From IMG/VR virus record IMGVR_UViG_3300032298_001311, positions 1 through 64,000 of that record: a DNA stretch of 64,000 bases; one strand, given 5' to 3'. This DNA is from a virus. The position numbers and the translations under genes are program-made. Numbering within the stretch: position 1 is the stretch's first letter; the number at the start of each line of letters is the position of its first letter. The notes beneath the pieces were generated by a model, which saw nothing but the letters and a program-made list of their open reading frames with translations, searched no databases and was not told the DNA's origin. Below are positions 57,636 through 64,000 of this stretch, piece by piece.

Positions 57636-59747
57636 TTACCAATTTCCTTCATTACAATAATGATATTTGAAAGAAAAATCAATAGTTTTATTGAAGATCT
57701 TTTCTTCATTCATTAAGAATGCAAATTCTTGTTCTGTTCTACCATTTTCTAAATCATATTTTGGTTTTGCAAGTTTTCTTGCTCTTATAGCAGTATTACT
57801 TTTAATTCTTGTGTAATCTTGTGCATAGAATGGTCCTCTACGATGATCTCTTCTATTGTCAAAAGGATTTTCGATTTGATTTAATGTTACATCAAAATCT
57901 GCAAACCATTTACCATTATCGTCGATTATAAATTTATAAATTGCATTAAGCATACCTGGATCATATTGATTACCAAACTCTTTTAGATCAATATCTGGAT
58001 TATATTTGATTTCAATTTCAAAGGCCCCTCTCGTTTTCCAAAGGATTCTTAATAGCGGCCATACTTCATTCATTAATGAATCAGCAAATGAATTTATATT
58101 TGGTTTAATGATATTATAATCAAAATTTTCAAATTCTATTTCATTAATAATACTAGGATTGTTAAATTTTATTTTATAATGAGATCTTGCTAATTCTGTT
58201 CTAGGGGGGTATGAAATTGGTTTTTCTGTACAGTCTTTCATTATATCTAAAAATATATGTGCTGTTTTTAAACGGACCATAACATGAGTTCCGCCCATAG
58301 AAAAATCTTTTGTAATCCAATGTCCTTGATAAAAGTGATCGGAAATATTGAATCTATTTAAATTTTGTCCAACTATGGCTTCGGAACTCAACCCAAATCC
58401 ACCCCCTATTCCAATATTATTCATATTAAGATTTCTTAATCTCCACAGTAATGTTAAAGTATCCGCAAAGTCTTGATATTTTTCTGTAGGAAATCCTACA
58501 ATCCAATTAGTTGCATTAAATATACCAACTTCTTTACCGTCTTTGAAATTTTGTTCTATTTCTGAAATTTTAACTTTTTTATCCATATCGTCTAAAACTT
58601 TTTGACTGCCAGATTCAACACCATAATTTAACATAATGCATCCGCCAGCTTTAAGATCTTTAAAATAATCTAAATCCATTCGTCCGTCACAACGGGCATA
58701 TCCAGTCCAATTTATGTTCAATCCTTTAGTCTGAACAGCTTTACAAAAAGCTCTCAATTCATTAATATTACCATTCACTAAACTATCTATAAACCAGATA
58801 ACATCAGTTCCTTTGTTATAATATAACCATTCGATTTCAGTAATTAAATCTACAGAACTTCGTTGTCTATATTTCCAAAAGTGTGTCTCTTCACAAAATG
58901 TACATTTTGCAATACATCCTCTACTGATTTCTGTATTAACACCGTTAGGAATACTGTAATCACTAAAATTAATACTTTCATAATCGGGCATGGGAAACCC
59001 ATTAAGATTTAATCTTTGATCTTCTGGCTGTGTTATATATTGTGTGGTATCATGCACGATACCATTTTCAATTTCATCTAATATTTGTAATAAAGCATAT
59101 TCACCCTCGCCGTTCACAACATAGTCATAATACGGATGTCGTTCAAACCAAGATTTTTGTACATTACTACCACCAACTAATATTTTAATGTTTGGAAGTT
59201 TTTTCTTTAATTCTCGACACATCCATTTTGTAGGTTCTTCATTTACATCATAAACTGTGAACCCTACTGCTTGAGGATTGAATTCTATAATTTTATCAAT
59301 TGCTTCTTGTAAAATATTATCTAGATAAGGATGAACATCTTCTAAATATCTTCCTTCTCTCCATTTCCAATGTACACTCGGGTCCCATAAACTTGTATTA
59401 TGATTGTACAAATACCCTGACTCTTTTTGAAACTGATTATAGGCCTTAACATTTAAATCTAATATATGAGTTTCATATCCTGCTGTTTTTGCAACACCAC
59501 TTAGTCTTGCTAAATTAAAAGGGGGGAATTGTGCAGCCCATTGAGGACATAAAACTAATGCTAATTTTGTATTTCTTTTTTTATAATTTATATAAACCGG
59601 AGTAACATTTTTTTGGTCAACTTTTTTAGCATAGGGAGCAATAGCAGCTAACATACTCATGTGTCGGTCATTAGCTGTATTTTCCGAAGGTTTTTCTTTT
59701 AATTCTACATTTCTTTTAGCTAAACTACTTAAATTGAAATCTACCAA
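57636..59747 (-). CDS. Cobalamin-binding radical SAM enzyme
   Basis: B12-binding domain (VGFTVY...VGG...GEGE), SRGCIAKCTFC, GVESGSQKVL..M.K. Confidence 0.88.
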   Translation of the reverse strand: MVDFNLSSLAKRNVELKEKPSENTANDRHMSMLAAIAPYAKKVDQKNVTPVYINYKKRNTKLALVLCPQWAAQFPPFNLARLSGVAKTAGYETHILDLNVKAYNQFQKESGYLYNHNTSLWDPSVHWKWREGRYLEDVHPYLDNILQEAIDKIIEFNPQAVGFTVYDVNEEPTKWMCRELKKKLPNIKILVGGSNVQKSWFERHPYYDYVVNGEGEYALLQILDEIENGIVHDTTQYITQPEDQRLNLNGFPMPDYESINFSDYSIPNGVNTEISRGCIAKCTFCEETHFWKYRQRSSVDLITEIEWLYYNKGTDVIWFIDSLVNGNINELRAFCKAVQTKGLNINWTGYARCDGRMDLDYFKDLKAGGCIMLNYGVESGSQKVLDDMDKKVKISEIEQNFKDGKEVGIFNATNWIVGFPTEKYQDFADTLTLLWRLRNLNMNNIGIGGGFGLSSEAIVGQNLNRFNISDHFYQGHWITKDFSMGGTHVMVRLKTAHIFLDIMKDCTEKPISYPPRTELARSHYKIKFNNPSIINEIEFENFDYNIIKPNINSFADSLMNEVWPLLRILWKTRGAFEIEIKYNPDIDLKEFGNQYDPGMLNAIYKFIIDDNGKWFADFDVTLNQIENPFDNRRDHRRGPFYAQDYTRIKSNTAIRARKLAKPKYDLENGRTEQEFAFLMNEEKIFNKTIDFSFKYHYCNEGNW

Positions 59748-59759
59748 AATTTTTCTCCG

Positions 59760-60233
59760 TTAATCCCATAGATTCATATAATATTTTCCAAAAAGATCTA
59801 ACCCTTCTTGTATTCTCCCATAATACGCTGTATATGCCTTGCTGTCAAAATGTCTTGCACCATTCTTCTTGGAATGAAATTGATCATCACGTTCTCGATT
59901 CACAACTTGTTCAAATGACCAAACCATTTTATCCATTATTTCGCACCATTGCTTATGGCCTAAATCCCATGCTTTGTTGTCGTCATTCTTATACCAGTCA
60001 AAAGTATATTGTGTACTGCTATTAGAAGTCTCCATAAAAGGTTTTAAGTCTCCAGGAGACCCGTGTTTCTCATCACGAAGTTGTTTAAGCATTGGCAGAA
60101 TAATATCTGCTAATGTCTCGGCCATATTCCAAGTATCCCAAGGATCGATTCTTACACGAACCTTTTGTTCAGCATTGGGATTATTCTTATAAACCCAATT
60201 ACTTGGATAGCGTCCGATAAAGATTTTCATCAA
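59760..60233 (-). CDS. Hypothetical myovirus protein
   Basis: 157-aa ORF, DTW...TLA.IILPML...GL.LFGKYY.NLWD. Confidence 0.65.
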   Translation of the reverse strand: MMKIFIGRYPSNWVYKNNPNAEQKVRVRIDPWDTWNMAETLADIILPMLKQLRDEKHGSPGDLKPFMETSNSSTQYTFDWYKNDDNKAWDLGHKQWCEIMDKMVWSFEQVVNRERDDQFHSKKNGARHFDSKAYTAYYGRIQEGLDLFGKYYMNLWD

Positions 60234-60640
60234 TCTCTTTCGTATTCTTCAACACCGTCATCGTCTTCTGAAAGTTCTTCAACTTCTAATTGACCATTGA
60301 ACCAGACTTCACTTTCATCTTCGTGCCATCCTAATGCTTCGAGACCTTCGTACCAATCTTCTTCCCAAGCAGTTTCAATAGCATCTCGCTCGTCTTGATC
60401 AATTTCGTCGTCGTAATTAAAATCAATCCAGCAACCGTCGTCAAACGAATGATCTACAACATCGTAATCATAGATCATAAGTTCGTCTTTTGCTTTTAAT
60501 TCTTCAACATCTACAGGATCCTCTGTAATAAAATATCCCCAACGATAACCTTGTTCAATATAGAAAGACTTACCGTCTTTCTCGTAAAAGTTTTTCTCGA
60601 TGACTGATTTTTTATCAACAGTACTGATCTTGTATTTCAT
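60230..60640 (-). CDS. Acidic hypothetical protein
   Basis: 136-aa ORF. Confidence 0.65.
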   Translation of the reverse strand: MKYKISTVDKKSVIEKNFYEKDGKSFYIEQGYRWGYFITEDPVDVEELKAKDELMIYDYDVVDHSFDDGCWIDFNYDDEIDQDERDAIETAWEEDWYEGLEALGWHEDESEVWFNGQLEVEELSEDDDGVEEYERD

Positions 60641-60641
60641 G

Positions 60642-61457
60642 TTAGTCGTCCTTCTTTCCGATCTTCATAACCAAACATTTACATGCACCACCGGATTTCA
60701 TAAACTCACTCATATCAAACATCTGAACTTTATATCCGAGATTTGTAAGTTTATCAGCAACAGAATTGCATTCTGGCATAAACACATAATTCTTAATAAC
60801 AACAGCATTACAAGCAAATGTTAATGCTTCCTCTTCTGTTACTTCTATTGAATAACGCTTAGTAGAAAATTTTCGAATCTTTTCTTGTGACTCTTCGTCA
60901 AATGCTTCTGGATACCAAAGTACCCCGTTTTCCTTTAGGGGAGCAAAGCAAGTATCAAGATGATAAAAACGATCATCAACAAGATGTAACTTACGTAGAT
61001 TTACAATTTCATCGAAAGGGAATTTATCGTGAAGTTTCCTAGCACTTCTAAATCCATGTCCTATCCAATGTGATTCCATATCCCCTTTTAAGAGATCCCC
61101 TTCACCTTCAAAATGATCGTTTGGATAATAGACAGCATATCCATGATCCTTAAACCAATTCATAAAATGTATCTCTTCACCTTTACGTTGGTCGTTTCTA
61201 AAGTTAGACATATAAACCATATTATGTCGTCTCTTATAAAACCCAGCATTCGCAGTAAAAACCATATCTGGCAATCCTGGTTGCGGATCAATTAGATAGA
61301 CATCAGCAACTTCACGTACAGCACTATAAAGTCTCTTCCATTGTCTTTCTGCTAAGTCTTTATCAACTTTATGTAGGTTTTCAGTCATCCAAGGATTGAT
61401 GTCATAGTCAACATCATAATACATTGGAGGGCACATTAAAAGTTTACTGGTGTTCAA
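60642..61457 (-). CDS. Amidinotransferase / dimethylarginine dimethylaminohydrolase family
   Basis: [32 protein letters not shown]. Confidence 0.85.
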   Translation of the reverse strand: MNTSKLLMCPPMYYDVDYDINPWMTENLHKVDKDLAERQWKRLYSAVREVADVYLIDPQPGLPDMVFTANAGFYKRRHNMVYMSNFRNDQRKGEEIHFMNWFKDHGYAVYYPNDHFEGEGDLLKGDMESHWIGHGFRSARKLHDKFPFDEIVNLRKLHLVDDRFYHLDTCFAPLKENGVLWYPEAFDEESQEKIRKFSTKRYSIEVTEEEALTFACNAVVIKNYVFMPECNSVADKLTNLGYKVQMFDMSEFMKSGGACKCLVMKIGKKDD

Positions 61458-62055
61458 TTGCTTCTTCCCTTGATGTAATAACTCTATCTGCTAATCCATA
61501 AGCAACGGCTTCTACGGCACTCATGAAATAATCACGTTCCATATCAGCAGCAAGTTCTTCGTATAATTTACCTTGCGAATTATGCTTAACGTAGATTTCA
61601 GTGAGATACTTCTTCATCTTAAGAATCTCTTGTGCTTGGATCTGAATATCCGTAGCCTGACCTCTTGCTCCACCACTTGGTTGGTGAATCATATGTCTTG
61701 TATTAGGAAGAATAAGTCTTTTACCTGGAGCACCTGCTTGAGCAAGAAGTGACCCCATAGAACAAACTTGACCCATTGCGATTGTAACAACATCTGGATT
61801 AATGAATTGCATAGTATCATAAATTGCCATGCCTGCGGTAACAACACCACCGGGTGAGTTAATGTACATGTAAATGTCTTTACTTGCGTTTTGACTTTCA
61901 AGAAAGAGAAGCTGAGCACAAATAAGTCCGCTCATATGATCACCAACTTCTCCCTCGAGCATAATGATACGATCTTTAAGCAAGCGACTAAAGATATCAT
62001 AACTGCGTTCGCCGCCTGATTCCTTTTCAACAACAACTGGAACGAGATTAGCCAT
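61444..62055 (-). CDS. clpP: ATP-dependent Clp protease proteolytic subunit
   Basis: [33 protein letters not shown]. Confidence 0.96.
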   Translation of the reverse strand: MANLVPVVVEKESGGERSYDIFSRLLKDRIIMLEGEVGDHMSGLICAQLLFLESQNASKDIYMYINSPGGVVTAGMAIYDTMQFINPDVVTIAMGQVCSMGSLLAQAGAPGKRLILPNTRHMIHQPSGGARGQATDIQIQAQEILKMKKYLTEIYVKHNSQGKLYEELAADMERDYFMSAVEAVAYGLADRVITSREEAIEHQ

Positions 62056-62288
62056 TAGCGTCTTTTTACCTCCGTACGCTGAATTTCGTTAGGTCCTGAA
62101 CAAACAAATTCAAGACCACTTTGATTAGCAATATACAACTTATTACGGGGATTGTAAATCATTTCCATCCGAATTGAACGATTAAGACTTACAATAAGAT
62201 TAGATTTAGGAGAAAATCGAATCACTTCCGCTGTCTGTGACTTCCCGTTGTCTGAGCATGTTACTGTTACTGACTGTTCGTAACTCAT
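62055..62288 (-). CDS. Small hypothetical phage protein
   Basis: 77-aa ORF coupled to clpP. Confidence 0.6.
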   Translation of the reverse strand: MSYEQSVTVTCSDNGKSQTAEVIRFSPKSNLIVSLNRSIRMEMIYNPRNKLYIANQSGLEFVCSGPNEIQRTEVKRR

Positions 62289-63006
62289 TTTGTGTTTGTG
62301 TCCTTTCGTGAACTCTATTTAATTTAGTCATTGGAATTGTGCTTTGTTCCATAACGTGATCTTTTATCTTACCTTCAAGGTTGATTTTATCACCGGGTTT
62401 ACGATCTGCCCATGTATCATGTCTTGTAAAGAACAAGAATAGATTACCTTCGCAAATACCTTGTACAACCCAACCTGGATAATTGTTGCTTTTATTATTA
62501 CGAATGATTTCAAAATTGTCTAGATATACTTTTCCACCAACACTTCCAACATGTTGACTTTGAATATTAGCAATACTTTGTTTGTAATAATCTTTACCTT
62601 TATTAATTTGGTAATAAAACGGAGAACTAGCAATAAAACCAAAGTCTTTTGCCTGTATGTATTCCCTATTAACAATTTCGTAAATTTTTGTATTATATGA
62701 ATCTTGATTAGCAAGTAGATTGAAAATCTCTTTCTTGGAATACTCTCGGATCACTTTTGCTTTGTCGAAATGTTCCTCTCTAACTTTTACAAGAGGAGGC
62801 TTCTGAGTACTATTATTATAATAGTCTACCATAAATTGGCTACGTAGAATTTCTTTATTAGCATATCTTGTGGAATGGATATCTTCACCATCGTTAATAA
62901 ATTCGTTAGTTTTAAAATAGCCATTATTATATTCAAAGATAGCAATAGCAGCCGCAAGAACCTCGAGAGTTTCAAACTCTTTAATTTCAATACCAGTGAC
63001 GGACAT
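62206..63006 (-). CDS. Hypothetical phage protein with possible C-terminal OB-fold
   Basis: 266-aa ORF; INLEGKIKDH...TKLNRV. Confidence 0.6.
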   Translation of the reverse strand: MSVTGIEIKEFETLEVLAAAIAIFEYNNGYFKTNEFINDGEDIHSTRYANKEILRSQFMVDYYNNSTQKPPLVKVREEHFDKAKVIREYSKKEIFNLLANQDSYNTKIYEIVNREYIQAKDFGFIASSPFYYQINKGKDYYKQSIANIQSQHVGSVGGKVYLDNFEIIRNNKSNNYPGWVVQGICEGNLFLFFTRHDTWADRKPGDKINLEGKIKDHVMEQSTIPMTKLNRVHERTQTQNELRTVSNSNMLRQREVTDSGSDSIFS

Positions 63007-63030
63007 TCAGATTTTCCTATGGTTGGATTT

Positions 63031-63849
63031 CTATTCTACTATAATAGTATATGATAATCCAAACTCTTTGTCAAGTTGCTTTAGACTTTCGTTCACTCGT
63101 TTTGTTTCTTTTTCGATTTGTCCATTGCGTTCAGCAACACGGGCTTCGCGTTGCTGTTGTTTCATTTGTTGTTGAACAAATTGATACGTTTTCTTCATTA
63201 GATTTTTAAGAACTGGATGAGTTGTATCAAATCCAAAGTCTTTAAAATATCCAAAAAGATTAGGACTAAGCAGTCGACCTGCTTGGTCTTTTGTCATAGC
63301 AGTTTGACTAAAGTTTTTTAGCAGACGAAGTGTGTGATCGTAGTCATTATTAGTTTTACGTAATAGCTCACGACTAAGATTGTACGCATAGGCTTCTATC
63401 TCGTCCGGATTACCAAGGTACTCTTGGGACCGTTGTATTGCCGGATCGTTATGTCTGCTTCGATATTGCCTACCGGTACGGAATTCACGAGATCGATACT
63501 GAGCTTGATGTATCATTTCATGTTCAAGAAAGTCAATGACTTTAGTTGCGAATTCTCGCCACCCTTCTTTATCCATAGTGACATTTGGATTGTCCTTTGG
63601 AAATATTACCATTATTTCAAATGGCTTTTCTTCTTGTTCATCTTCATCAGGATCGTAATAAGCATTAAGATTTAAATCATTGGAATCAATATTAGAACTC
63701 TTCTGTGTTGTTATTACAACATTTGGTCCAACGATCTTACGAAGATGAGATACAACCTGTTTTGGAGTAACTTCTTTATTAAAGAACTTTGTGAAACTTT
63801 GGTAGATGCGATCACCCTCAGTTTCACCGTGATAAGGAATTGGAATCAT
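63031..63849 (-). CDS. Hypothetical protein with zincin HExxH motif
   Basis: LEHEMIHQAQ...Y...EIEAYA. Confidence 0.6.
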   Translation of the reverse strand: MIPIPYHGETEGDRIYQSFTKFFNKEVTPKQVVSHLRKIVGPNVVITTQKSSNIDSNDLNLNAYYDPDEDEQEEKPFEIMVIFPKDNPNVTMDKEGWREFATKVIDFLEHEMIHQAQYRSREFRTGRQYRSRHNDPAIQRSQEYLGNPDEIEAYAYNLSRELLRKTNNDYDHTLRLLKNFSQTAMTKDQAGRLLSPNLFGYFKDFGFDTTHPVLKNLMKKTYQFVQQQMKQQQREARVAERNGQIEKETKRVNESLKQLDKEFGLSYTIIVE

Positions 63850-63856
63850 ATACTAT

Positions 63857-64000
63857 TTAATGTCTATACTTGATACGACCTTTGTCAAGATCGTATGGAG
63901 TCATTTCAACAGTAACTATATCACCTTCGAGGATCTTAATCTTATTCTGTCTTATCTTACCACTGCCATATGCAAGTAGCACATGACCATTGTCATTTAT
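63857..64000 (-). CDS. infA: Translation initiation factor IF-1 (C-terminal part; start outside window)
   Basis: Manual translation [47 protein letters not shown]. Confidence 0.9.
   Translation of the reverse strand: MNDNGHVLLAYGSGKIRQNKIKILEGDIVTVEMTPYDLDKGRIKYRH

Noticed and set aside
1403-63675. Many short opposite-strand ORFs inside clpA, ftsH, structural genes and others (e.g. 1863..2210, 46647..47327, 7293..7661)
   Set aside because: Antisense shadows of well-supported genes, without recognisable motifs
63878-63890. TTGACA as a -35 element upstream of 63031..63849
   Set aside because: Lies in infA coding sequence (DLDK) with no good -10 at normal spacing
1-64000. CRISPR array, DGR, integrase, transposase or self-splicing intron
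   Set aside because: No regularly spaced repeats, reverse transcriptase, recombinase or interrupted conserved gene seen; the only exact repeat found is inside a tail fibre gene
1-64000. Alternative genetic code, as in some jumbo phages
   Set aside because: Conserved genes are full length in the standard code and no suppressor tRNA was found

Overview
AT-rich segment of a large T4-like (jumbo) myovirus genome, coded mostly on the - strand. Phage signals: clamp loader, PhoH, gp9/gp10-like tail/baseplate proteins and recurrent T4-type late promoters (T)ATAAATA. No integrase or CRISPR array is visible. It carries a stand-alone Methylocystaceae-type pmoC, so it is a pmoC-phage probably infecting an alphaproteobacterial methanotroph; an Omp25/RopB-type porin and an alphaproteobacterial-type tRNA-His support that host. 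Other content: proteostasis/translation genes (clpA, clpP, ftsH, dnaJ, groES, def, infA, YccA), 18 tRNA genes, a putative type II R-M pair, uvsE, queD, kdsA plus a glycosyltransferase, and many tailoring enzymes placed between tRNAs. Unexplained elements: an attenuator-like leader before a tRNA cluster, a candidate -1 frameshift fusing KdsA to the glycosyltransferase, an 86-nt CCA-ended non-cloverleaf RNA, tRNA-Thr(AGT), tRNA-punctuated mRNA ends, and phycobiliprotein-like CxRD repeats in a virion protein. All calls come from reading the sequence by eye; no database searches were run.
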